Of a stretch of DNA of 64,000 bases, positions 45,801-56,986 are shown piece by piece. The stretch is taken from assembly GCA_964016885.1 (NCBI GenBank), contig OZ024740.1, positions 245,458,001 to 245,522,000 of the forward strand. Reading direction: 5' to 3'. The notes beneath the pieces were generated by a model, which worked only from the letters and a program-made list of their open reading frames with translations, was not told the origin of the DNA and made no database searches. A program made the translations under genes and the position numbers. Source of the stretch: Eledone cirrhosa (lineage: Eukaryota). How positions within the stretch are numbered: the stretch's first letter is position 1; every line of letters starts with the position of its first letter.

Positions 45801-48800
45801 GAGGTTTCAAGTTCAGATGTCTTTTACGGCAGCCTTGGATTGACTAATGCCTTGTGAATAAAATTTAGTTGCTGGAAACTGCAGGAACCTATATATATTT
45901 GTGTTTGTGAATTATGTCACATATTTCTTTACACTTAGTTATTGTTTATGTCCTGTAACTTAGCAGTTTAATGAAAATAGAAACCAGACCTTAAAAAGTA
46001 GGTATAGGGGTCGATATTGTAGGGAAAATCCCTTGAAGGCAGTGCCCAATGACTAAAACCAGATAAAGAATATAACAATAGACTCTCTTTTGCTCTGAGA
46101 TTCTAATTCGTTTTTTTTCTTCTCCTTTTTACAAATACCATTAGTTCAACTTTTTTATATTTTTTGATGGGTTAGTCAGAGAATAGGGAACAGCCCCCAT
46201 GATATTTGTGCATAGTCTCTGAGACTGATTGAAGGGAGGGAAGAAATTAAACCTTAAGTGTTCAGATCAGGTTCCTATATCTCACCACTACATATATGTA
46301 TGTATCGTCATATGTATTTAATACTTGTAACCTCACAGTCCTCTGTGTGATGATAGACTTAATCTTTTATGAGATATCTCTATTCCCCTGTGTTATATCC
46401 CTTGTCCTCTATGAATTTTAACAAACAATATTTCTGTTTACTTCAGAACAATTACAAGGAATAGGAAACACAGGAAACCAAGAGGTGAGTCATTAAATTA
46501 TAGTTATATATTTATTCCATATTTACATCAGCCAACTAGAGTAATTGTTGTTGTTTACAACTTATTTTTAACTCTTTTGTTACCAACACACCCAGAAAGT
46601 GCCCTGGTTTTATGATATTAAAATGTGCATACAATATATTAAAACCTTCCATCGTGATTTTATGTAAGAAATGTTTAAGTAGTGTTTCAAACACCAGCTT
46701 CACAGGCTCTCTGGATAACATTGATATGATTTATGTTTAGCTTGAACATTTATTTATAAGTCAATGTCTGCAAGGAAGAACTTAGACAGGGAAAGGAATT
46801 TCAGGAGGTTGATGATGATCATCATCATCATTTTTACATCTACTTTTCTATGCTTGCATGGGTTGGACATGTCTTTTCCAGTACAGCTTTCCTCCATTTG
46901 CATTCCTTCATCATTATCTCAATGAAGTTCAGCATTTTGAGATCTGCTCTCACCATCTTTGCCCAAGTTACCCCTGGTCTTCCACTGGGAATTCCTGGCA
47001 CTTCTTCATCCAATGATCTGGGAAGAATGGATTAGATGTAGTAGTTAGTGCATGTCTTGACTAGGCAAAATATAGTATAAATAACAAGACAAACAAAAAA
47101 CAAGTGTGTCAGGTAGATTTTGGTGGAGTTAGTTCAAACTTTATTTAAGATATTGACAAAGGTTTTCTAGAAGGGTCCTATAATTTCCTTGTTTTTAATG
47201 ACTTTTCAGGAGTTCCACATCAGGTGAAAGGAAATGGGAATTATCCTCAGACCAGAAGCTTTGTCCGAATGTTCCCTCGGATGTATGTATTAATGAAATT
47301 TGTGCTAATTAAGTCCTATTCTTTAATTACAGATGAGTGAGACAGATATAAGAACAGAACTTAGGAAGAAGGAAGCTATTATAGCAAACCTCATGTCAGT
47401 CAGTACGTATTCTTCACATTTAGTTTCTTTTTCTCTAATTCTATAACATTTTATCATCATCATCACCATTGTTTTATATCCAAGTTTTCGCTTCTAGCAT
47501 GGGTTGGACAAGTTTGTTCAACTATGGTATCTCATCACTTGTTACAGTTTTTTTATATACCCCAAAACAGGAAGCCAACAATATTTTTTGTTGTGTATGG
47601 TATGTTTTTTTTTTAATGGCTGGATGTCACACAGACATACAATGCATGTAGCTACTTCCATTCTTCCCTCATACTACTGTCCTAGAATGATACAGTGATC
47701 TTAAGTGGACTTTTGTCGTGGTTGTTCAATATAGCTTTAACTTTCTTTCTCAATAATTCTTCATCAAGAATATCTGATAGTATTAAATTCATTTCTTTTT
47801 CTTTTTTTTTTCTTCAAACATTTCTTGTCATTCAATTCATTCTTTATTGCTATTGTCATCTCAAATTCTTAAAAATTGTTTTGATTGCAAGGAACAAAAA
47901 TTATAATTTTTTTCTTGTTTCTCTAGACAAAGAGCTACAGAGTTCCAAAGAATTAATACAAGAAGATGTTGTAAAATCTCATCAAATGATTGAACAACAA
48001 CGATCTGAAATTGAAATCTTGGACAATGCTTTGACAAATGCTCAGAGTAATGTTGTCCGCTTAGAGGAAGAGGTAATTATTTCACTTCTACCAGTCTTTC
48101 TTTAGAAGAGTTAATTTAATATCAGGCACAGTCTTCTTTACAAACTACATCTGATTGCTCTTATGCCTAGTTTTTCCTTTAACTTATCGGTTCTTCATCA
48201 TTCAGCAAAGCATGCTAATCTCATTTCTTTTATTTTTGTTTAGTGTAAAAAGAAGCAGCTATATATGGACCGTCTAGACCAGTTGCAGAAGGCATTTGTT
48301 TCACTACAAATTGCAACAGAGAAACGAGAACAGATGGAGCAACAGTTGAGGAACAGACTAGAGAAAGAATTAGGGCAACTTCGAATTTTTGAAAAGGTAA
48401 TTAGAAAACTTTTACAAGATATGCAAAGTTGACATCGGCATAAATGGAGCAAACCAATAATCAAAAATATTCCAACCATGACAATCCTACCTCTTAGTGT
48501 ATATCTGACACTATATTTTTCAGTTCTTTTTTCTCAAGATAGTAGATTATGAGTTGATGGAATTCGACTGCTATTTTTAGCAGGTTGAGCAATCATATAG
48601 AAAAAAAAAAGCTCCTTCATTGGCTTGTGTGTGCATGAGTGAATTGTGTGTGTGTGTGTGCATGGTGTATATGTCTTCATGATCTTTAGAAAATAGTGTA
48701 ACCCAGAATCTAATATAGGCGTGCCATATCTGTGTGTGTTGTAAGTGATGATTAAAAGGTTTGGAATTAGGAAGGACATCTGGCTAGAAAACATTACCAC

Positions 48801-51655
48801 AAAGTCCCATCCAAACCAAGCAAATATAAAATTGATAATGAATATCCTTCAATATAAGTGTCATTGGTTCTAATTGACAGGTCAATAACGAATCAGATTC
48901 TGTTTTATCAAAGACTAAGAATGATCAAGATACTCAATTAAATGGAAACGTTGAAGACCTGAAGAAGCTACTACAAGAGAAGGACACTAGATTATTACAG
49001 TTGGAGGCTGAAGTAGCTAAAGTAAGTTTTATCAAATATTACCAGATTCAATTATTGAATACTGTTTCTTTTTTTATATTTTACAAACATATTTTTAATG
49101 GCCATGTCACTCTGAAAACATCGGTTCTCGTTCAATTACCGAAGATAATACTTAGATGGGTGATCGCTTGGGAAACCTAGGTGCTGTAAGCATTTCCTTT
49201 TAAAAAGGGCGGTGGATTGGTAGTATCAGAGCATCTGACAACATGCTTTATGGCATAGGGTTGTGCCCTTTTTATGATTTGAGTTCAAATCCTGCTGAGA
49301 GAAGCTTTACCTTTCGTCCTTACAGAGTCAGTAAAATAAAGTACCAGTAATGCAATGGGGTCGATTTAATCAACTTTCCCCTACCCCAAAATTGTTGGCC
49401 TTGTGCCTAAATCAGAAACCATTGTATGTAATAATGTATATGCCACGCTAATAGAAAAATCCCTCCTCCTCCATATATTTAAGTTTTATAGGTCCACTAG
49501 ACAAATCATATGCTGGTTTTTCACATTTTTGTGGGTAAAAGTGCAAATTAAAATAATTAGTGTTTAATTATGACCCTACCATTCCAGCCAGTAGGTTAAA
49601 CTTCGGTTTTTATTTTCCTAAGGGTTTGTTGAAATAAAATACAAATAAAATTTTTAAAAGCTGTGAATTCAACACCCTCTGCCTTTTTTCAGTTGAATAT
49701 TATTAATATTCTTAGTTTTTTAAAGAAATTTTTATTCTTATATTCTCTTGTAATTTCATTTTCCAGTGGGAACAGAGATGTTTAACAGAATCAACAAAGA
49801 ACCAACTGGTTTCTAAATCTAGGTAATTCTAAACTTTGCATATTTAAATTATCCTTTCATTTTGAAAACACTTGGCTTCAAGTTTTATCCCACTGTGTGG
49901 CACCTTGTCCAAGTGTCTTCTACTGTATCCTTTGAGTTGACCAATGCCTTGTCTGTAGAATTTGGTAGATGGAAGCTGTTTCAAAGGGAACATTAACCAT
50001 GTCGCTCTCACACATGTTAAAAGGTTTGCAAAAGGTTTGCAAAAGCCACTTCCTCCACATTATACTAATCTTTTTAAAATATTACATGGTAGTGCTGGTG
50101 CCACAACAAAAAGCAACCAGTCCACTCTGTAAGACAGTAGTGCAGTTGCCATGACAAAAAGCACCAAGTACAGCATGTAGGGTGGTAGTTCTGGAACCAC
50201 AAAAAAATGCTCCTGCTACATGCTGTAAAGTGGTTGGCATGAGGAAAGGCATCTAGCCATAGAAACCAAACCAGCAATGGAACATATGAGCAAAACATGG
50301 TCATCTGACCTGTCTAACACATGCGAAAATAGATGTTAAATGGTGCTAATGATAGATTCTATAAGGAGTAATTAATGGTTCTTCAGTTGTCATGAAAAAA
50401 TTGTATATACCAGTGTCTCCCAAAGTGGGTTCCATGAAAAACATTGTTGTTTCTTTATATGAATAGATTCTCTCTAAAATAATTTTTTGTTTCATTTTTA
50501 CAAAAATTAGAAGGGTGGGGGATTGTAAAATATTGGTATGGGTTCCATGATTTTTGGAAAATCATTTGGCAAACACTGACTTAGTCTGCCATATACCAGA
50601 GAAACTGAATCAGTGAAGTTATAACCACAATGTTAGATTTATATGTATTGGAATCAAAAGCTAAGATATTAAAATTTAATATTTAACAAAACTCATGTGA
50701 TCACATTAACAAAAAACTGTCTTTGGATTTTAAAGAGAGGAGAATTGTCTATGAAATATAGATATGGATTCTGTGATTTGAGGGAGAGTGTGGGAATGTA
50801 TGTAAGCAAAGTGCGGGTCCCTAACCCATCTGAAAGGTCAGTAGTCCTGTTTAAGTTACTGACTTGGTCTGTGAAAACTTGTCCAACCCTTGTTATACGA
50901 TGGTGATTTATACAATTCCTTGATACCACTGCTGAATACCAAGACTTATTTGCTTTGTTTTCTCTCTAATTCTTAGTGATGGACATCAACAGTTAGACAA
51001 ATATCCCAAAGGTGTTTCATTTGAAACTGAAAAATTACTTGCAGAATCTAAATCAGAGAAGCTACGACACATGGAAGAAGCATATCAAGCAAAGAAAAAA
51101 AGTACAGAATTAGAAGCAAAGTGAGTTGTTTTAATTACATCCATTTTATGGTCTTTAAGTAGTTTTTCATCGAATGTATATATAAATATATATATATATG
51201 TTTGTGAGTGTGTTCATGTGTGAGCAGACATAAAATGGCAATGATAAACTTAACATGATACAACTTTTATCTATTTTAGAGTGAAAGAACTACAAACAAG
51301 TTTAGTTGAGAAAGAAGCTATGGTGAAAGCTTTGCAGCGGTCATCACTTGGTCGTAGTAGTGGTGTACGCACATTGCACTGTACTCCTCTGCGGGCTAAT
51401 CTCATCTCAGCTACAAGTTCATTGACCAGACCAGCCAGGAGTAGTCATGTTGAAGATTCAACTTTCCGAGATTATGGTCTTGGGAAACACACCAAATCAG
51501 GTTAGTTAAATATTTCTCTATTCTAGTAACTTCTGGCTCAAATTGTAAAGACCTATCCAACCCATGCAAGCATAGAGAGCCAACATAAAATGATGATGTA
51601 AATTGCTCTTTTTTTATCCAATTTGGATATCTTCATCTCCACTCTGGCACATATA

Positions 51656-51721
<66 letters not shown>

Positions 51722-53011
51722 CTCAGCCTATCGGCTGAAACACATAGTAGAGAATAAATATATATCCTCTAAATCACCTAAACCTAACTTTAATCCTTGC
51801 TGAGATTTTTATTTTCATGTTGATATCTGTCTGTTTCTGATTCTGTTATCTTTCCATAATTCAGGCAGTGCTAATGATGTTGATCTGGGAAATTCTTATG
51901 AACTTGACACATCTTGTTCAGATAAACACAACTCCTCATCAGATGTAAGTTTATAATAATAATAATAATGAAATTATTGTGTAAAGTGCTCAGGTGCACT
52001 ACAACTCGTCAATATAGTACATAGAATAATACACAAATGTCAGGGAAGTAGCAATCATCACTTTATGTTCTTTCTGAGATATTTTTGTTTGGGCAAGTGT
52101 CTTAGTAGTTAGGGTGTTAGTCTCATGATCCTATGGTTGCAGGTTTGATCCCCAGACAAGGAGGCACATTGTGTCCTTGAGCAAGATACTTTATTTCAAG
52201 TTGCTCAAGTTCAGTCAGCTGAAAAAATTGAGCACAAACAACAGCTGCAAGTTTAGCTTACAACGAACTGGTGTACTGTTCAAGTCTTGTACTTTTAGTT
52301 GCTTAATGCCATATGAAACCAGGGTAAGTTCTTATCTGACTTGATTTGAAACTGTGTGCTGAAGCTGAAGCAATTATGTTCTGGAGGAGCCATTTTAGCC
52401 AGTTAAAAATTGACACTCAAAAACTATTTGTTTTTCATTTATTCTGTGAAGTGTATTTTTATTTGAAAATGAAAACATCATGATCCATTGGATGTATAAT
52501 GTTAATATGCTTAAACAACAAAGCTCAGTTCAGTTAAGAGAAAAGCTGTGGTATTTATTCTGGCTCTGTGTGTTTTGAGTTCAAATCCCAGTGAAGTCCA
52601 TGTCATGCTTAATACTCATCTTCAGTTTCTTTTTGAGGCTGTGAATGCTCTTCCTGGCACCAACCCTTTTAGTTAACTCTTATGACAAGCATGGATTTTG
52701 TGTACCTATCGTAAACTGGATACACATAGCTAGTAATACACTGTAGATTAGTGTTCTTTATTTTACCATTATCATGGGTCATGGATTGATGGAATCGTTA
52801 AAGAGCCAGAAAAAAATGGTTTTTTGCCTATATTAGTTGGTTGCTATTAATAGCTGGTTGAACAACCACAGACGGTCATTGTTTCATATTAAAGAAAGTA
52901 TTTTATGATTATGAAGATAATATAACTATGCTGATGATGATTTTGTTTTTTTCTTCCGTTTATTAGAGCGAGGGAAAGGATGAAATGGAACCTAAACTCT
53001 GGCAAGTCTGA
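39767..53011 (+). CDS. AMOT: Angiomotin-family (AMOT/AMOTL) protein, 14 coding exons, ~725 aa
   Basis: Exons 39767-39833, 42400-43087, 44746-44929, 45618-45762, 46447-46484, 47333-47402, 47927-48072, 48244-48396, 48881-49021, 49767-49822, 50977-51120, 51280-51500, 51865-51944, 52967-53011 (2178 nt, all GT-AG, phases consistent). PPPY and PPEY motifs. The coiled coil IEILDNALTNAQSNVVRLEEE..EKREQMEQQLRNRLEKEL..EKDTRLLQLEAEVAKWEQ..EKEAMVKALQ resembles the angiomotin coiled-coil domain as I recall it. Symbol denotes the family, not a specific paralogue. Confidence 0.9.
40873..41662. repeat. 24-bp minisatellite, ~33 copies (AACTGACTAGTTTCACCTCTCTTA) in intron 1
   Basis: Near-perfect tandem with occasional 25-bp CACCATCTC variants. 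Confidence 0.97.
42400..43087 (+). CDS. AMOT: AMOT-like exon 2 (LPPPPEY, RSQPDL)
   Basis: Within ORF 42321-43091; acceptor ttgttaaag, donor TC|GTAAGT. Confidence 0.88.
43107..43990 (+). mobile_element. Intronic Helitron relic with a Pif1-helicase fragment
   Basis: 5' A|TCTATACATAATATAAAAG (second 5' end at 43449). ORF 43489-43899 PRLCN..TILGG..GE..FIPKIPLIPS..LPFKFSRLQF.VR..FAMTI. 3' hairpin TACCCAGGCAAAGCTGGGTA plus CTAG|T. Confidence 0.85.
44746..44929 (+). CDS. AMOT: AMOT-like exon 3
   Basis: Acceptor ttttgcag; ..VDILNNENRFLKEKM..RVVTLQK|GTGTGT. Confidence 0.85.
45281..45496. mobile_element. hAT-type MITE (similar relics at 44039-44300 and 50411-50578)
   Basis: TIRs CAGTGGTTCCCAAA ... 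TTTGGGAAGCACT. Confidence 0.6.
45618..45762 (+). CDS. AMOT: AMOT-like exon 4
   Basis: CEDEISKVTEEYQTLEKKSRK..RKLEEE; donor G|GTAAAT. Confidence 0.85.
46447..46484 (+). CDS. AMOT: AMOT-like exon 5 (38 nt)
   Basis: Acceptor tttacttcag, donor GAG|GTGAGT; bridges phase 1 to phase 0. Confidence 0.75.
47333..47402 (+). CDS. AMOT: AMOT-like exon 6
   Basis: MSETDIRTELRKKEAIIANLMSV; donor A|GTACGT. Confidence 0.8.
47927..48072 (+). CDS. AMOT: AMOT-like exon 7
   Basis: NKELQ..EQQRSEIEILDNALTNAQSNVVRLEEE|GTAATT. Confidence 0.9.
48244..48396 (+). CDS. AMOT: AMOT-like exon 8
   Basis: CKKKQLYMDRLDQLQKAFVSLQIATEKREQMEQQLRNRLEKELGQLRIFEK|GTAATT. Confidence 0.9.
48881..49021 (+). CDS. AMOT: AMOT-like exon 9
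   Basis: ..LKKLLQEKDTRLLQLEAEVAK|GTAAGT. Confidence 0.88.
49095..49195 (+). pseudogene. 5S rRNA pseudogene with internal deletion
   Basis: GGCCATGTCACTCTGAAAACATCGGTTCTCGTTCAATTACCGAAGATAA-[~20 nt missing]-TACTTAGATGGGTGATCGCTTGGGAAACCTAGGTGCTGTAAGCATTT follows the metazoan 5S sequence. Confidence 0.8.
49206..49420 (+). mobile_element. tRNA-derived SINE
   Basis: GGGCGGTGGATTGG..GAGTTCAAATCC..AAAATAAAGTACCAGTAATGC..GGCCTTGTGCCTAAA. Confidence 0.75.
49767..49822 (+). CDS. AMOT: AMOT-like exon 10
   Basis: WEQRCLTESTKNQLVSKS; acceptor ttccag, donor AG|GTAATT. Confidence 0.85.
50977..51120 (+). CDS. AMOT: AMOT-like exon 11
   Basis: ..EKLRHMEEAYQAKKKSTELEA; donor AA|GTGAGT. Confidence 0.85.
51280..51500 (+). 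CDS. AMOT: AMOT-like exon 12
   Basis: VKELQTSLVEKEAMVKALQRS..KHTKS; donor G|GTTAGT. Confidence 0.85.
51865..51944 (+). CDS. AMOT: AMOT-like exon 13
   Basis: Acceptor ccataattcag, donor GAT|GTAAGT, open in phase. Confidence 0.75.
52095..52330 (+). mobile_element. tRNA-derived SINE (TGTGTCCTTGAGCAAGA type; another copy at ~59120-59370)
   Basis: A- and B-box-like head followed by TGTGTCCTTGAGCAAGATACTTTATTTCA. Confidence 0.6.
52967..53011 (+). CDS. AMOT: AMOT-like last coding exon (SEGKDEMEPKLWQV*)
   Basis: Polypyrimidine acceptor; hydrophobic PDZ-binding-like C-terminus. Confidence 0.75.
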   Translation, partial: SEGKDEMEPKLWQV

Positions 53012-53164
53012 ACTTAGACGTGGAATTGATCTTACTTTCACATTTCTGCAAAGTATCTTTTGCTGCTGATGGCATTGCTGAATACTGCTCCTTTAGTATT
53101 ATCGGTGTAGAGGAAAGATCCTCTCAGGAATTTTACTTACATGCACACTTATATGCTTGTGTGT

Positions 53165-53225
<61 letters not shown>

Positions 53226-53927
53226 CATTTACATTTATATATATTTATATACATACATATATATACATATATGTGTTTGTGCATAGAACAATAAAAAAAG
53301 AAGAGAAATCAGGCATAGGAAGATAGATAGTTCATTATTTTACAATCGTTCCAGAGAGTTGATTGATCGATGGAGATCGATGTACCGACTAGCATGGTAG
53401 TGGTTAAGTTACTACCTATTTCTAATCTTGAAATCCTTGTTCAATTGGCCGTCTTCCTCAGATATACTAAACTGTGAACTAAGTATCTACCTATGCCTGA
53501 ATTCTGTTTTTTTTTTTAAATTATTATTGTTCTATGCACATATAGGTAAATAGAACAGTAATGCAGACAGATTTTCTTCGAAGACACTTTAAGCGGTGAT
53601 CACCTAACATAAAAACTACTGGACACACTGCCGAATCTGGCTGCAACTATCCTTCCAAAGACACATTGAGTTCTAACGACATTATCAGCCCCACCACAAC
53701 TAGGTGGATTATGTTTTATATATATATGTATATATATATATATATATATAATTCAATTTAGGAAAGTTGGTTAATCAGATAATCTTCTGACTTTCATTGA
53801 AAACAGACATAAAGCACTCCACGATTTGTATTCCTTAAAGTGTTATTGATAAGGTATCAACGGGAATGTCAATATTATAAAGAAGAGAGACGGTTTTAAA
53901 TGTACATCCTCTGTTTATTATATAATC

Positions 53928-53995
53928 CTGTTATACATATTTCGAAGACATCAGAGAGGTTGCATAACAACCCTTTGAAATGTTCTCTTCAGATA
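53928..53995 (-). ncRNA. Hammerhead motif truncated by (TA)n, in the presumed AMOT 3' UTR or downstream region
   Basis: Minus strand: CTGAAGA-gaacat..gggttg-ttatg-caacct..atgtcttc-GAAAT-ATGT-ATA. The 5' strand of stem I is replaced by TA repeat. Confidence 0.55.
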
Positions 53996-54042
<47 letters not shown>

Positions 54043-54053
54043 TTATATATATG

Positions 54054-54093
<40 letters not shown>

Positions 54094-54191
54094 AATGTAT
54101 ATGTATATGTATGTATATGTATGTATAAATATGTATATATATATGTATATATATGTATATATGTGTATATATATGTGTTAATATATATATA

Positions 54192-54231
<40 letters not shown>

Positions 54232-54373
54232 CGTATGTCTGTATATATATATATATATGGGTATGTATATATATATATGTGTGTATGTATATATTTATAT
54301 GTGTGTGTGTGTGTGTATATGTATATATATATATGTGTGTGTAAATTGTATGAAAAATAGCAGCAGAAGGCTC

Positions 54374-54422
54374 CAGTGGAATTCGAACCCTCGACCTCCA
54401 GTTTAACCACCTGAGCTATGGA
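54374..54422 (-). pseudogene. tRNA-like fragment / SINE head
   Basis: Minus strand TCCATAGCTCAGGTGGTTAAA-CTGGAGGTCGAGGGTTCGAATTCCACTGGAG: A and B boxes present, anticodon arm deleted. Confidence 0.55.
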
Positions 54423-54716
54423 ATGGAACTATTGTTGTATATATGTGTGTATGTATATATATATATATATCATCATCATCATCATCACCATTCTGCCACG
54501 TTAGCATGGGTTAGACGGGTTGTCCTGTTGTGGGTAGTGCCAGGTCAGGTGACCTTGTCTTGCTCATATATATGTATACATACATATATATGTATATATG
54601 TTGTGTGTGTGTGTATGTGTGTATATGTATATATTTTTTATTTATATATAACAGGCTGAATGAGTTGTGGTGCATAACCTAACGGAATTTAAGTATCTGT
54701 ATATGTCACTGTTTTA

Positions 54717-54760
<44 letters not shown>

Positions 54761-54785
54761 ATATATATATATATATATATATTTG

Positions 54786-54816
<31 letters not shown>

Positions 54817-54837
54817 ATATATATATATATATATTTG

Positions 54838-54868
<31 letters not shown>

Positions 54869-54939
54869 ATATATATATATGGTCGGAGTATCGCTAATTG
54901 CTTTCTCCGTTTATGTAGTTATATATATTTATGTATATA

Positions 54940-55058
54940 TGTACGGTTGTTTTTCCTTTTCCTTCTCCATTCAACCACTCTCAGTGTGAGCTGAATATCC
55001 GCAAGGTGAAACAATTGTTCTCGGTATGGTGAACTAACTGTTGTGTTACTACTTCTAT
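54940..55058 (+). mobile_element. Solo pLTR remnant of the 20906-22430 PLE family, with degenerate HHR
   Basis: gag-CTGAATA-tccgcaaggt-GAAACAATTGTT-ctcggtatggtgaac matches 22300-22367. Another remnant lies at ~23141-23174 on -. Confidence 0.7.
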
Positions 55059-56950
55059 ATATTTATATATATATATATATACATATATTTATACATATAT
55101 TATATGTATATTAAGGGTGAAAGCAGCGATTCTTTGCTTAAACTTTAATCTATATATATATTTATATTTATATATTTTTTATATAACAATTGTTATAAGA
55201 ATGATTCAGGTCCCCACAGCTGAGCTCTTGCCATTTCAACAGCTAGTTGCAGAGTGAATTGCAAATGCATTGGCAGTTAAGTAGCTGTTTCATCAGGAGG
55301 TGTCAATTAGTCCAAATAAGGGCATGCATTGTTTATCCAATATATATTTACACACACACACACACACACATACACACACACACACACACACACATACATA
55401 TATATATAGAGAGAGAGTAGTAGGGTGCAATTGGATTGCATTCACAGGCAGTATGCTAAGATGAGCACTTGATACTGTTGGGGAGCAGAGTATCAATAAT
55501 AATAATTAGGGAACAAATAATCAGTTTTGCATCATATACATATTTAATCACATATTACATATGTTCCACTGCCAATCAGCTCAAGGAACGGTCTATTATG
55601 TTCATTCTTGATTCTGGAATCGAAAGCTCCTGTGATATGTGCTTTCACATGTAGACTCAGAGTCAGGAACAACATAATCAACCATTCCTCGACTGATCGG
55701 CAGTGAAACATATGTAATATGTGAATATGATACAACACTGATTCTTTGTTTTCGATTGTCCATGCTTGCCTGGGTTAGACAAGTCATCCACACCGGGAGG
55801 AAAGTCTGGCCAGAGTTGGCCACACTTGTACCTTGCTCCGATGAGAACTGTTAATTTGACCGGGTATTTTACAGTGTTTATATATATTTATATATATATA
55901 TATATAAAGGTGTATGTACATTGATGCATACAAACGGAAGGAAGTACACAATACAAAAAAAAATGGAGAGTAATATAATATTTAATCGAAGATGAAACTT
56001 TACTAATACAGTTTGACTTTTTGGTTCATCAGGTAGTTATTAGTGAACAAAGAACATACATTAATGTATGGTACATGTGACTTTCAAAGCCACATAGATT
56101 ATAAATATATATATAAAGGTTTGTTCTTTGTTAACTCATTACTATGTGATGAACCGAACCATGAAACTGAGTCATATTTGTGAAATTTAAATTTCTATTA
56201 TATATATATAATGCAAATACATATGCTCTCACATGTGTATATAGGTATATGATTCAGTGTGTGCATGTGTGTGAATATAGAAACAAAAGCAATTGTGTCA
56301 TTGAAATTGTAAGGGTCTTGTGTTCCGTTGCTGGACCAGCGGAAACTAAACACAAATACGCAAACATTTATTCAATCAAATGATTAAAAAAACACTGAGA
56401 ATTATGTTTATATTTAATTTATATTTTTACTCTTTTTTTTTTTTTTTTAGTAAATTTTTTATATCTATTGAAAATTCTGTTTTTTTGCTGTGTGAAACTG
56501 TTCTTTTTTTTTTTTTCATAATTAATCTGTTGTTATTTACTTATTAATATTAGAATGGTGGATTGGCAGAATTGTTAGAATGTAAGACAAAATGCCATGC
56601 AGTATTTATTCTGGCTCTTTATCTTTTTCTTTTCAAACTCCACCATGGTTATCTTTTCCATTCATCCTTTCAGGGTTAATAAAATAAAGTACCAGTCAAA
56701 TATTGAGGTTGATATAATCAACTGTTCCCTTAGCCTAAAATGTTTGACCTGTGTAAAAAAAAAATATTTATAGCAGTAGATTGACAGAATCTGTTAAATT
56801 CAAAACCTGCTGCAGTGAACTTTGCCTTTCATCCTTTCAGAGTCGATAAAATAAAGAACTAGTCAAACACTGTGTCAATTCAATCAGCTTTTCCCTCCTT
56901 CCAAAATTGCCTAAATTAGTAATCATTATTACTATTTCTACTACTACTGC

Positions 56951-56986
<36 letters not shown>

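Noticed and set aside
54374-54422. Functional tRNA gene
   Set aside because: Anticodon arm missing; too short for a cloverleaf.
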